Numbered from the stretch's first letter, positions 1-12,858 are shown. The stretch: DNA of 64,000 bases from an uncultured Gemmatimonadales bacterium (GCA_963707505.1 CAVPQB010000005.1:4991-68990); one strand, 5' to 3'. The notes: generated from the letters alone by a model not told the origin. Program-made: numbers and translations.

Positions 1-1645
<1,645 letters not shown>

Positions 1646-1716
1646 GTAGATCGGTTAAATTTATGGCTGGCAACGGCTTATGGTAGGCCCTTCGCACCGT
1701 CGCCCGCCGACCCCAC

Positions 1717-2795
1717 ATGCCCAAAATCAATCTTCTGAATCTCACGCCCGCGGACGCCGATGCGACCCTGGAGGCGTTCTTTCGCGATCGTGGCGAGCCA
1801 CTGTATCGTGCTCGCCAGGTCGCGCGCAGGCTGTGGCAGGCGCCAGTCCGCTCGTTCGCAGACATCACCGAGCTGCCTGTCGCGCTCCGTGAAGCGCTCG
1901 AACAGTCGTTCGACTTGCCCGAGCTCAGCATTGCGGCGCAACAACGTCGGCCGACGGCACGCGCAAGTTTCTCTTCCGCCTGGCCGACGGCGAAGCGATC
2001 GAAACCGTGTCGATTCCGGACGACGACAGACTCACGTTGTGCATCTCATCCCAGGCCGGCTGTGCGCTTCAGTGCGCGTTCTGCGCGACCGGCAAGATGG
2101 GCTTCACGCGCAACCTGGAGCCGTACGAGATAGCCGCTCAGGTGCGCGAGATGGCTCTGCTGGACCCGCCAATCGCCGTCACCAACATCGTCTTCATGGG
2201 GATGGGCGAGCCGCTCATGAACTGGCGCGCGGTCAATTCCGCACTCACCATCCTCAACGATCCCGCCGGACTCGGCATCGGTTCGCGCCACATCACGGTG
2301 TCGACAGTCGGGATTCTGCCCGGCATCGTCGCACTCGCGGACCGTCCTGAACAGTTCCGGCTCGCGATTTCAGTGCATGCACCGACCGATGAGCTGCGTC
2401 GCAGCCTCATGCCCATCAACACGAAGTATCCGCTCGCTGAAGTGATCGAAGCCGCGAAGCGCTTCGACCGGCGCGTCACCTTCGAGTACGTGATGCTCGG
2501 CGGTGTCAACGATCGCGATGAGGATGCGCGCGAGTTGATGAGGCTCGCGCAGGAGTGCAAGGCGTTCGTGAATCTCATTCCGCTGCATCCTGGCGGCGCG
2601 GGTGATTTCACACCAACCACCGCGGACTCCATACGGCGGTTCGCCGCCATGCTGCGGCGCGGTGGGTTGAGTGTCGCGATCCGCAAGAGTCGCGGAAAGG
2701 ACATCGCCGCCGCGTGTGGACAGCTACGGGTAGAACGGCATCGGAGGCGGCGTCCAGTCGGTGCCGAGCACGACGGTGGCGTCGAGGTAGCGTGA
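1717..2795 (+). pseudogene. rlmN: 23S rRNA/tRNA adenine-C2 methyltransferase RlmN (radical SAM); one frame break near 1945
   Basis: ORF 1717-2133 gives the N-terminus (LYRARQVARRLWQ). ORF 2007-2795 gives the CxxxCxxC radical SAM motif (SSQAGCALQCAFCATG) and the C-terminal AACGQL. Hand translation shows SADGTRKFLFRLADGEAIETVSIP in the second frame, starting at about 1948. Confidence 0.85.
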
Positions 2796-3155
2796 CGTAT
2801 CGGGGCGAGTGACGACCTTGCCCCCAATTGCCTTGCCGATCAGCGCGGCCCACTCGGGATGATTGGATCTATCCAGTACGAGTGTCGGCGCCTGCGTCGT
2901 ACGAGAATTGCCCATCGCAACGACGTCGTAGCCGCGCGCACGCAGCAGTAGCGTCGCGCGTCGCGCCGCGCCGCGGGTCGCGCTCGCGTTCAACACTTCT
3001 ACCTTGATGCGCACGCCGAGCGGCGCGTGACCGACAGTAGTATCGATCTTTGCCGAGGATGCATCGGACGAAGTGCCGCGACGTTGATCGCGCTTTTTGC
3101 AGCCCACGATCGCAAATACCGTAGCGGTCGCAAGCACTACGGAACGCCGCAACAT
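2724..3155 (-). CDS. LytR_C-domain lipoprotein (cell-envelope-related attenuator C-terminal domain)
   Basis: The internal Met at 3155 gives MLRRSVVLATATVFAIVGC, a signal peptide with a lipobox-like IVGC. The rest matches the LytR_C pattern (IKVEVLNASATRGAARRATLLLRARGYDVV...LGTDW). Confidence 0.6.
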   Translation of the reverse strand: MLRRSVVLATATVFAIVGCKKRDQRRGTSSDASSAKIDTTVGHAPLGVRIKVEVLNASATRGAARRATLLLRARGYDVVAMGNSRTTQAPTLVLDRSNHPEWAALIGKAIGGKVVTRPDTSRYLDATVVLGTDWTPPPMPFYP

Positions 3156-3697
3156 TACTGCAGGCTGTTCCAGAGCGTGACTGTTTCCGGGAAGATGTGA
3201 TTTCCCTCGCGCACGGTCCATTCGAGACGCATCCGCACCACCTGGCGAAACACCGTTTCGAACGACGTCGGGACCTGCAGCGAAAGAAAATATCTGTCCT
3301 GCTTCATGAACTTTCGGCCAGGCTCCAGAAAATCGGCCATGTACAGCGCGCGGCCGACGACGCCCCAGCGCGCACTCCCGACGGTATGATAGCGAATCGC
3401 GTCGAGCACATCGGTGCGCTTCTCGCCGTGCTTTTCCAGTGTAATCGCCGCAGCGGGCCCGTGCAGCAGTCCGAACGGGCTTTCGTTGTCACCGGTTATC
3501 TCGCGCAACTCGGCTTCGGTCGCGTCACGCAATGCATCGTGCAGCACGCCAGCATCGATGAACGCGCGCGCTTCCGCCGGCGGAAGCCGCATCGCCGCTG
3601 CCCACGCATTGAGTAACGCGGTAACGCGTTGAATGTGCTCGGCGCGCTTTTCGCCCACGCGCGCCCAATCGGGAAGGTCCAGCGTCGAGCTGTGCAT
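3155..3697 (-). CDS. HD-domain phosphohydrolase, YqeK-like
   Basis: ORF of 180 aa with HIQRV...AGVLHDALRD (HD motif) and a YqeK-like layout. Its stop overlaps the next start by 1 nt. Confidence 0.65.
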   Translation of the reverse strand: MHSSTLDLPDWARVGEKRAEHIQRVTALLNAWAAAMRLPPAEARAFIDAGVLHDALRDATEAELREITGDNESPFGLLHGPAAAITLEKHGEKRTDVLDAIRYHTVGSARWGVVGRALYMADFLEPGRKFMKQDRYFLSLQVPTSFETVFRQVVRMRLEWTVREGNHIFPETVTLWNSLQ

Positions 3698-3699
3698 TG

Positions 3700-4542
3700 T
3701 CAGAGTCTGATGTTGTCGATCAATCGAGTGCCACCGATCCGCGCCGCCACGAGTACCGAATCTCCGCTTGTCGCGACCGACGGCGTTGCAAAATCAGCTT
3801 CATTCACCAGTGCGAAATAATCAACATCGAAGGCACCGTCCTCCGCCAGGACCGCGCTCCCTCTCGCTTCGATCGCCGACGGATCGGTATTACCGGCGTG
3901 GAACGTATCCTTTGCGGTGACCAGAGCTGCATGCAGCGCCGGTGCGTGGCGGCGCGCATCGGTGTCGAGGTAGCGGTTGCGACTGGAGAGCGCGAGTCCA
4001 TCGCTTTCTCGCACCGTGTCGATTGCCGTAATCTGAACCGGAAAGTTCAGATCGGCGACCATTGTGCGGATCAGCGCCAGTTGCTGAAGGTCCTTCCGTC
4101 CAAACACCGCCACATCGGGCTGCACGATGTTGAACAGCTTCGCGACCACGGTGAGCACACCGGCGAAGTGACCGGGCCGAACGGCACCCTCGAAAAGCGC
4201 AGCGAACGATGGAGGCGTTACGGTCGTCCGCGACGTGCTTCCCGCGTACATCTCGTCCGCCGCGGGCATGAACACAATCGTCGCACCGTGCTTGGCGAGC
4301 TTCGCCGAATCGCTCTCGGGCGTGCGCGGATAACGCGCAAGGTCCTCGTTCGGTCCGAACTGCAACGGGTTTACGAAGATGCTCACCGCGACCACGTCCG
4401 CAGTTTTCGCCGCGGCGTCGACAAGCGCGAGATGTCCCTCGTGCAGTGCCCCCATCGTCGGCACGAGCGCCACGCTCGCGCCGTTCGCGCGGAGCTCGCG
4501 CAAACGCGCACGAATCCCGGTGATACTGCTCTCGATCAGCAT
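3700..4542 (-). CDS. panC: pantoate--beta-alanine ligase
   Basis: ORF of 280 aa containing VPTMGALHEGHLALVD, FVNPLQFGPNEDL and GHFAGVLTVVAKLFNIV. Confidence 0.93.
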   Translation of the reverse strand: MLIESSITGIRARLRELRANGASVALVPTMGALHEGHLALVDAAAKTADVVAVSIFVNPLQFGPNEDLARYPRTPESDSAKLAKHGATIVFMPAADEMYAGSTSRTTVTPPSFAALFEGAVRPGHFAGVLTVVAKLFNIVQPDVAVFGRKDLQQLALIRTMVADLNFPVQITAIDTVRESDGLALSSRNRYLDTDARRHAPALHAALVTAKDTFHAGNTDPSAIEARGSAVLAEDGAFDVDYFALVNEADFATPSVATSGDSVLVAARIGGTRLIDNIRL

Positions 4543-4551
4543 GTGGTGTGT

Positions 4552-5364
4552 CTAGAAGCTCTGATCGGCGGACGGATAGCGATGCTCACGAACGTCGTCG
4601 CCGTATGCGCGCACGGCGTCGCGTACCGTATCGGCGAGATTCGCGTAACGCTTGAGGAAACGGGGTGAGAACTCCTCGTTCATGCCGAGCATGTCGGGAA
4701 GCACCAGCACCTGACCGTCGCACCCCGGGCCAGCACCGATCCCGATCGTCGGAGCGCCCACGCTCGCCGTGATGCGCGCCGCCAGTCTTGCCGGCATCAG
4801 CTCCAGAACTATCGCGAAGGCGCCCGCCTCGTCCAATCGCTTCGCTTCGGCCAGAATGCGCTCCTCTTCTTCCGCTTCCCGTCCCTGCACTCGCACGCCG
4901 ATTGCATTCACCGATTGCGGCGTGAAGCCGATGTGTCCCATCACCGGGATTCCGATCTCGACAAGACGCGCGACTGTCGCGGCGATGTGCTCGTTACCAC
5001 CTTCCAGCTTCACCGCCTGCGCTCCAGTCTCGACGAGCAACCGTCCCGCATTCACGATCGCAGCGGCGGTATCGATCTGATATGTCAGGAATGGCATGTC
5101 GACGGTAACGAGTGCGCGGGAGACCCCACGACATACCGCTGCACCGTGGTAGATCATTTGATCCAATGTCACCGGCAGAGTCGATTCGAATCCCGCCACC
5201 ACGTTGCCGGCGGAATCACCGACGAGCACGATGTCCACTCCAGCCTGATCTACGAGCCGGCCGAAGAGCACGTCGTACGCAGTGACGACGACGATCGGAT
5301 CCTTGCCCTTGCGATCGCGAATGTCGCGAACCGTGACGGCGCGTGACGGTGGTGCGCTGCTCAA
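4552..5364 (-). CDS. panB: 3-methyl-2-oxobutanoate hydroxymethyltransferase
   Basis: ORF of 270 aa containing VVTAYD, LVGDSAGNVVAG, AVKLEGG and MGHIGFTPQS. Confidence 0.93.
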   Translation of the reverse strand: MSSAPPSRAVTVRDIRDRKGKDPIVVVTAYDVLFGRLVDQAGVDIVLVGDSAGNVVAGFESTLPVTLDQMIYHGAAVCRGVSRALVTVDMPFLTYQIDTAAAIVNAGRLLVETGAQAVKLEGGNEHIAATVARLVEIGIPVMGHIGFTPQSVNAIGVRVQGREAEEEERILAEAKRLDEAGAFAIVLELMPARLAARITASVGAPTIGIGAGPGCDGQVLVLPDMLGMNEEFSPRFLKRYANLADTVRDAVRAYGDDVREHRYPSADQSF

Positions 5365-5810
5365 ATGGATACCTCTGCGAGCTCGGCAAGCTCTCGCTGC
5401 CAGAAGTCGCGGTTGTCGATTTCTATATGTGGCACCTGCAGCTCAGGCGAACTCCAGGTGGTGTGCGCATACCTGACAATGTCCAAATCTATTGTGCGCG
5501 GCCCCCAGCGGACGGTCCGAACGCGACCACCCTCACGCTCCGCCTCGTGCAGCGCCGCGAGCAATTCGGGCGGCGACAGCGAGGTACGGATCGCGACCAT
5601 CTGATTCAGATAGCGCCCCTGTGCAACGGGACCGATCGGCTCGGTTTCCTCGGCGCGGGTCACCGCCAGTATCGCAACTCCTCGAATTCTGCCAATGCGT
5701 GTCAGGGCGTCGGACAGATGTTTTCGCCGGTCGCCCACGTTGGAGCCGAGCGCGACGAAGGCGACGTCATCCATGACGTCATCCACGACGTCACGCGCGA
5801 CGTCATCCAT
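5361..5810 (-). CDS. folK: 2-amino-4-hydroxy-6-hydroxymethyldihydropteridine diphosphokinase
   Basis: VAFVALGSNVGDR...RWGPRTIDLDIV is the HPPK signature. The start is ambiguous: ATG at 5810 overlaps the folB stop as ATGGATGA, with alternatives at a GTG and an ATG at 5774, all inside a 12-nt tandem repeat. Confidence 0.85.
   Translation of the reverse strand: MDDVARDVVDDVMDDVAFVALGSNVGDRRKHLSDALTRIGRIRGVAILAVTRAEETEPIGPVAQGRYLNQMVAIRTSLSPPELLAALHEAEREGGRVRTVRWGPRTIDLDIVRYAHTTWSSPELQVPHIEIDNRDFWQRELAELAEVSI
5763..5810. repeat. four tandem copies of a 12-nt unit (gacgtcatccat / gacgtcatccac / gacgtcacgcgc / gacgtcatccat)
   Basis: Read directly from the sequence. On the minus strand it encodes MDDV-ARDV-VDDV-MDDV at the folB/folK junction. 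Confidence 0.9.
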
Positions 5811-6159
5811 CTCGCTCGCGGGTGATCGAGACTTCGGCGTATTCCACCGGGCCGGGCAACGGCACATGCGGCTTTCTGATCGACACCGTGGCTGACCGCA
5901 CACCTGCGACGCGCAGTGCAGCAGCCGCGACGCGCTCGGCCGCCTCTTCGAGATACGCGATGTGACGCACGTTCATCACTTCTGCGACCGCGGTGTAAAG
6001 CGCGACGTAGTCGACGACGTGCGGCGGGCGCACATTCTCATCCACCTTTACCGAGAGATCGAGCTCAACCGGTTGCGGAAGCTGCGCCTCATGCGGTAAC
6101 ACTCCGACGCGCGAGTGAAAGCGCATTCCTCTGAGCGAAACAGTGTCGGACATTCTCAC
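5803..6159 (-). CDS. folB: dihydroneopterin aldolase
   Basis: ORF of 118 aa containing SLRGMRFHSRVGVLPHEAQLPQPVELDL and VDYVALY. The GTG at 6159 overlaps the trpA stop (GTGA); an alternative ATG lies at 6153. Confidence 0.85.
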   Translation of the reverse strand: MRMSDTVSLRGMRFHSRVGVLPHEAQLPQPVELDLSVKVDENVRPPHVVDYVALYTAVAEVMNVRHIAYLEEAAERVAAAALRVAGVRSATVSIRKPHVPLPGPVEYAEVSITRERDG

Positions 6160-6959
6160 CCTGCGTTGTCGATCCCAGCACGGAGGGACCGCGTGAGTGC
6201 GATCGCCGCATCAACGCTCGTTCCCGCCGCCCGGACGATCGCGCTTCCCACCACAACGCCGTCGGCGACAGCCGCAACGGTAGCGGCCTGACGTGCGTCC
6301 GTCACACCGAAGCCGACGCAGATAGGCAACGTGGTGACCGAACGCAGACGCTCGACCGTAGCGCCAAGTTCCGGGGCGATCCGCTGCTGCATACCTGTGA
6401 CGCCGAGCCGGCTGATGAGATAGACGAATCCGCTGCCATTCTGTGCGATGAGCTTCATTCGATCAACCGGAGTGGTTGGTGCGACGAGTCGGATGAACGC
6501 AAGCGGGCTGGCCGTAAAGCGAGCCTCGAGCGGCGGATCTGCGCCCACCGGAAGGTCGGTAATCAGCAAGCCGTCGCATCCCGCCTTCACTATCCGATCC
6601 AGTGCGCCCTCGCCGGCAGCGAGAAACGGATTGAGATACCCGAACAGAACCACCGGAACGCCGAGAGCCGCTTCAGCGACGATTTCGAGCACGCCGCTGA
6701 ATGTCGTGCCCGCGTCGAGCGCGATCTGCGAGCTTGCCTGAATGACCGGCCCGTCAGCGAGCGGGTCGGAGAACGGCACGCCCACTTCAACTATGTCGGC
6801 GCCGGCGTCTTCCAGGCCGCGCAGCAAGGCTATCGAGCGAGCGCGGTCGGGATGTCCGGCTGTCGCGTAGCACACGAGCGCCTTTCTGCCCTGGTCGCGC
6901 AGAAAAGCGAACCGCTCGTCGATTCTGTTAGATGACGTAATCGCTAACCCTGATGCCAT
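6156..6959 (-). CDS. trpA: tryptophan synthase alpha chain
   Basis: Contains KALVCYATAGHPD, EVGVPFSDPLADGPVIQ, YLISRLGVTG and VGFGV. The most plausible start is the Met at 6959; the longer ORF extension overlaps the upstream gene. Confidence 0.9.
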   Translation of the reverse strand: MASGLAITSSNRIDERFAFLRDQGRKALVCYATAGHPDRARSIALLRGLEDAGADIVEVGVPFSDPLADGPVIQASSQIALDAGTTFSGVLEIVAEAALGVPVVLFGYLNPFLAAGEGALDRIVKAGCDGLLITDLPVGADPPLEARFTASPLAFIRLVAPTTPVDRMKLIAQNGSGFVYLISRLGVTGMQQRIAPELGATVERLRSVTTLPICVGFGVTDARQAATVAAVADGVVVGSAIVRAAGTSVDAAIALTRSLRAGIDNAG

Positions 6960-8379
6960 ACCTGTCCGGATCTGCAGTCTTGATGATGGTGCGCGCAAAC
7001 TGACCATCGGGTCCGGTCGCCGCAAGGTCTGTCTCGATTGGCGGCTGCAGAAGATTACCACGTCCGTCGCTCACTACTACCACGCGCGGCCTCGACAACA
7101 TCTCGGGATTCGGATTTGCGGCAAGCACGACCGCCAGCTCGAACGTGTCGAGCACGACGAGCGTTCCGGACGGGTAGATCCCGAGCAGCGTTATGAACGC
7201 CTTCACTACAACCGGATCGAGCCCGCGGCGTGGATTGTCGCGCATCTCCTGCAGCACCGCTGACGGTGGATACGGCTTGGTCTGATATGAGCGCCTGCTC
7301 GTTGCAGCGTCATACGCGTCCGCCACCGCAACGATCCTGCTCGTCATCGCAATGGATCGCGGACGAATCACGCGAGGATAACCGGACAGGTCGCGGCGCA
7401 TGTGATGCTCGTGCGCGCTCACCATCGCACGATATGGAAGCTCCTGTTGCCCGCGCAGCTGAAACAGAGTGAGCATCCCGAGCCATGGATGCGCCGTGAT
7501 GCGCCGCCAGTCGTCCTCGTCCAGCGCGGTGGACTTCTGGAGCAGGTCGGTCGGAACGCGCGACTTGCCGATGTCGTGCATCAGCGCGGCGACACCGAGC
7601 TCGTAGAGCTGCAGCTTCGTCATCCCAATTCGCTTGCCAAGAGCCACGGCAAAGATGCAGACGTTGACGGAGTGCGTGTACGTGTACTCGTCGTACTCAC
7701 GGAGAGTCGTAAGTCCGATCAGCGACGCCTCTTCCGTCAACACCTCGTCCACGATGGTCTGCACTGCTCGCTTGATCTTCCGCGCGCTCGGCACGCGGCC
7801 CATGCGAACAGAGTTGATCACGTCCTTGGTGAGCGCGACCGACTGGGCATACGTACGCCGCGCCGCAGCCTTGGCGACCTCACGCTCCTCGATCTCTTCC
7901 TCCTCATCCGCGTGGGCGACTGCCTCGAAGGCGTCCACTCCCGCGGCGCGCAAGCGGGTGACGAGCTCGTCCGCATCGCCCTCGCCGGTGGCGCCGACTG
8001 TCGCCAGCAATGTGAGCAGCGAGAACCATTCGCGTGGCGTCGCTTCACGCACCACACGCAGCGACCCGACACCAGCTGATCGAAACAGGTCCAGCACGCG
8101 ACCGAAGCTGGCATAATTGCTGAGATCCAGGCGCAGGCGCGTGCCGTTTACGAAGATGAACTCGCCGTGCACGCGCAGCTCGAGCTCGGAATCCACGCTC
8201 CTGCATTCCGAGGCCGCGGCAGCGAGCTCGCTCAGCGCCTTCTGCACCGCCTGATGCTCGGGAGGATACAATTTCATCGCGCGCGTCGCAGCGTGAATCG
8301 CGACAATGAGCACACGGCCAGCGCGCCGCGTATTCGCGGTGTCTTCCCGCTCGCCCTCGTCCATGATCGCCTGACTCAC
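6928..8379 (-). CDS. HD-GYP domain c-di-GMP phosphodiesterase-like protein with an uncharacterised N-terminal domain of about 230 aa
   Basis: Contains HSVNVCIFAVALGK, ALMHDIGK, ITAHPWLG, AHEHHMRRDLSGYP and VAVADAYDAATSRRSY. The GTG at 8379 overlaps the upstream stop (GTGA); an alternative ATG lies at 8364. Confidence 0.85.
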   Translation of the reverse strand: MSQAIMDEGEREDTANTRRAGRVLIVAIHAATRAMKLYPPEHQAVQKALSELAAAASECRSVDSELELRVHGEFIFVNGTRLRLDLSNYASFGRVLDLFRSAGVGSLRVVREATPREWFSLLTLLATVGATGEGDADELVTRLRAAGVDAFEAVAHADEEEEIEEREVAKAAARRTYAQSVALTKDVINSVRMGRVPSARKIKRAVQTIVDEVLTEEASLIGLTTLREYDEYTYTHSVNVCIFAVALGKRIGMTKLQLYELGVAALMHDIGKSRVPTDLLQKSTALDEDDWRRITAHPWLGMLTLFQLRGQQELPYRAMVSAHEHHMRRDLSGYPRVIRPRSIAMTSRIVAVADAYDAATSRRSYQTKPYPPSAVLQEMRDNPRRGLDPVVVKAFITLLGIYPSGTLVVLDTFELAVVLAANPNPEMLSRPRVVVVSDGRGNLLQPPIETDLAATGPDGQFARTIIKTADPDRYGIRVSDYVI

Positions 8380-10087
8380 GCGCCGCCCCGCATCGCGCGC
8401 GTAGCGGCACTCCGCACGACGATTTCCTTGTCACCCAGCGCCTTGCGCACCGCGTCCAGCGCGCGCTCTGTGCCCAGCTTCCCGAGCGCCATCGCGGCGC
8501 TTGCGCGCGTCATGGGATCTTCCTTGCGCGCAAGCATTCCGCGCGGAGCCAGGATGCTTTCGAGCAGAGGTACGGCAGCATCACCGCCGAGTGTGGCGTA
8601 TGCATCGAAGAATGCGGTTTTCTCGTTCGAAGATCCGTCGCGTGTGAGACGATCCTTGATCGCGCGCTCCAACCGCACGAGCACCGGCCGGTACTGACGC
8701 TCGGCGCATGCTTTCACCACGTACAGCCGAATGTCGCGATCGCTGTCGTCCAGCCCGCGTTCCAGAACCTGCATCGCGCCGGGAGATCCGATCTGGGCGA
8801 GTGCGGCGACAGCGGCGGCGCGACTGGTTTCGGATGGCGCGTCGAGCACGCGCGCCAGCGGTGCAACCGCCGCTGGCGATCGTATGTCGCCCGCGCGACG
8901 CATTGCTTCGAGTGACACCGCCTCGTCATCCGATCCGATCAGCGCCATCAGATCGAGCGTATTCGAGCTGGCGAGTCGCGTCACCGCGTCCTCCAGAATC
9001 GCACGCAGCTCGCTGTTGCGAGATCGTACCAGGTGCGACACCAACGGCGTCAGTGCGGTTGGCTTGAGCTGCGTGAACAGCGATACCAGATCCTGTTGTG
9101 GCGGCTTGAGCTGCGTGTCTTCCAGCGCGTCGAGAAGTTGATTCAGCGTCGCAGGATCGCTGATTCGATCGACCAGATCGGTCAATCGCTGTTTGTGTGA
9201 CGGCAGCACGCCCTCCGACCGGCTCGTCGCAGCGGCGCATTCGCGAATGAGAAATGCAGCGGTGCGAAATTGCAGTCCCGACAACAGCACCAGCATGAAA
9301 TTCTCGAGGATGCCGCAAATCTCCTCGCGCACGGTCGGATCGGCCTGCGCTTCGAACGTGTCGAGCAATGCCGCGGCGACCGACGGCCTGAGATCCCCAG
9401 CGAACTCGTCGCGAATCGACTGGTGCAGGTACGATATCTCCTGCTCTTCCAGGAAATACAGCGTCGAGTCGAAATCGGAGATCCGCGCAAATTGCGAGGA
9501 CCCGGGTCCGTACGAGCCCGCGTCCTTCTCGTTCTCGGCGGGTGCGTCGACCACGCCAGCGGGCGCGCCTCCACGCAACAGTTCGGCGCCTGGCGCGGAG
9601 TAGCCGTCGCCGCCCGCCTCCTCGTACGTGTACGACATGCACTCGAAGTCGCATTCCCAGAACAAGGTGACCAGATCTTCGTCGCCGCCGGCTTGCGCGC
9701 GCACGGCCTTGAGCGCCCCGAGAAAAAGCGCAAGCTCCTTCATCTCGAATCCCTTGCGGATCTCGAAGGAGCGAATGCCGTCCTTGTAGAAGAGCCACGG
9801 AAGGCTCTCACCGCCGCGATCGCTCTCGGCGAACACGGGCACGTCCTCGTGCGTGAACTCCGTTTCAGTCACGCCGAACTCGATACTGTCCATCTTCGCC
9901 CACAGCGCAACGAACGCCGCGCGCGCCGAGTCTATCGCGCGCACGTGCATCGGATTGTTGGGCAGATACAACTGAAAAGAGCGCACGGCGCGCGCGAGCG
10001 TCTTGAGTGTCTCCGATACCAGTGGATCCGTGCCGGCGCGTGGTCCGCCCAGCTGGACGCCAAGCGGCGGTGTCGGAGAGAGAGGCA

Positions 10088-10088
<1 letters not shown>
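8376..10088 (-). CDS. HEAT-repeat protein (570 aa) with an N-terminal domain related to that of the adjacent HD-GYP protein
   Basis: The C-terminal third shows HEAT/PBS-lyase-like repeats (AAVAALAQIGSPGAMQVLERGLDDSDRDIRLYVVKA..., AAMALGKLGTERALDAVRKALGDKEIVVRSAA). The ATG at 10088 overlaps the trpB stop (ATGA). Confidence 0.7.
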
Positions 10089-11272
<1,184 letters not shown>

Positions 11273-11281
11273 CGTCGCCAA

Positions 11282-11936
11282 CTAGTCATGCACTCCGACG
11301 ACCGCTGCGACGAAGCCGCGCATCAGCCACGGATCCTTGATGCCAGGCGCCGATTCGACGCCCGAGGAAACGTCAACGACATCCGGGGCGAGAGTGCGAT
11401 GGCCTCGGCGACGTTGTCCGGCGTCAGTCCGCCGGCGAGCACCAGCCGCGCGCTGCCGTCGATCTCGCGCCAAGTCGGCGGCGAGCTGCGTCCCAGTCGA
11501 AGCGCTCGTCCGGTACCGCCGAGCCCTTCTCGCTCCGCGCATCGAGGACGACTGCGTCGGCGACACTGAAACAGCTCGTCGGCGCCTCGGCGGGGATGTG
11601 CCCCGCGATCCCGGTACGACCGCCCAGATCTCGGTCCGCCGAAGTCGCGCGCGCCGCCATCACGGCTCTGCGGCGACGGATCGGCGTGAAGTTGGACGAC
11701 GTCGAGCTGGCAACCGACGGCACATCGTAGATCTCAGCTCGGCCGCGTTGGGTACCGAACACTCCGACGCGTCGCACCGTCGCCGGCCGCATCGAGAATC
11801 GCCGCGCCTCGCTCTGCGTGCGACGCGCCGCGGACCGTCGGCGAAGATCACGCCGATGTACGTCGCGCCGAGTTCGACGCGCCGCGCTCGCGTCGTCGGC
11901 GCGCGTCATCCCGCAGAATTTAATCTTGGCGAGCAT
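11282..11936 (-). pseudogene. trpF: phosphoribosylanthranilate isomerase; frame breaks
   Basis: The N-terminus MLAKIKFCGMTRADDA is inside ORF 11424-12101. The C-terminus SSGVESAPGIKDPWLMRGFV is in ORF 11282-11566. Confidence 0.75.
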
Positions 11937-12760
11937 CGCACTCCGACGGTGACACCGATGAGCGATCCGACACCGCGCGGCATCGGGGTCGGCAGCCGCA
12001 GACAGCGCGGAGCCGACCAGCACCGCGTCGGCTCCGGCGCGTGCGGCGCGCTGCGACGTCGTCGCGCGACGCCATGCCGCTCTCCGCGATCGCGACGACA
12101 CGCCGCGGAATCAGCGGAATGAGTCGCGTCGACGGTACCAGGGTCGATCACGAGCGTCTCGAGATTTCGGTTGTTGACGCCGATGATCGTCGGCGCCGAG
12201 CGTCGAGCGCGAGCGTCGAGCTCCGCCTCGTCGCGCACCTCGACCAGCATCTCGAGGCCGATCGCGCGTCCCGCGTCGAGCAGCTCCGCGCAGCGCAGGC
12301 GGCGCGACGGCGCGAGCTATGAGCAGCGCGGCCGATGCGCCGAGCGCGCGCGCCTCGTAGCAGCTGGACGGGTCGACGTGAAAGTCCTTCTGCAGCAGCG
12401 GTACCGCGCACGCCGCGCGCGAGCGCCCGCAGGTCCGTCGTGCGAGCCACCGAACCGTTCCGGCTCGGTGAGAACGGAGATGGCCGCCGCCCCGCCGTCG
12501 CTCGTACGCGCGCGCCTGCGCGACCGCGTCCAGGCCGGGATTGATCGCGCCCTTGGAGGGCGAGCATCGCTTGACCTCCGCGATGATCGCGACCGTCGAC
12601 GCGGCGGAGCGCGCGCGCGAACGAAGGAGCTGCCGGAGCGCCGTCAGCGCGTCGCGCCAGCATCGCGTCCGTCGCGGGCCGAGCGCTGCCGCGCGCACAC
12701 GCGCCTCGCGATCAGCTCACCGAGCGTGCCGGACGGGCGGAGTCCAGCTCCGCGATGCGG
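11937..12760 (-). pseudogene. trpC: indole-3-glycerol-phosphate synthase; frame breaks; both ends approximate
   Basis: IIAEVKRCSPSKGAI, PLLQKDFHVDP and EARALGASAALLI are in ORF 12111-12698. LVEVRDEAELDARA...IIGVNNRNLETL is in ORF 11906-12250. Confidence 0.75.
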
Positions 12761-12858
12761 AACTAGCTTGCGCTTCGGGCATTCTTCGGATAACGTATGA
12801 ATTCGGCAACTGTTCGGGGTCAGCCGTCGCATGCAAACCCACCCTCAAGGAATCTGGC

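Noticed and set aside
12780-12858. A LexA (SOS) operator upstream of lexA.
   Set aside because: Only weak partial palindromes (AAC-N-GTT, GAATTC) and a thrice-repeated TTCGG are present. I cannot support a box without a genome-wide motif for this lineage.
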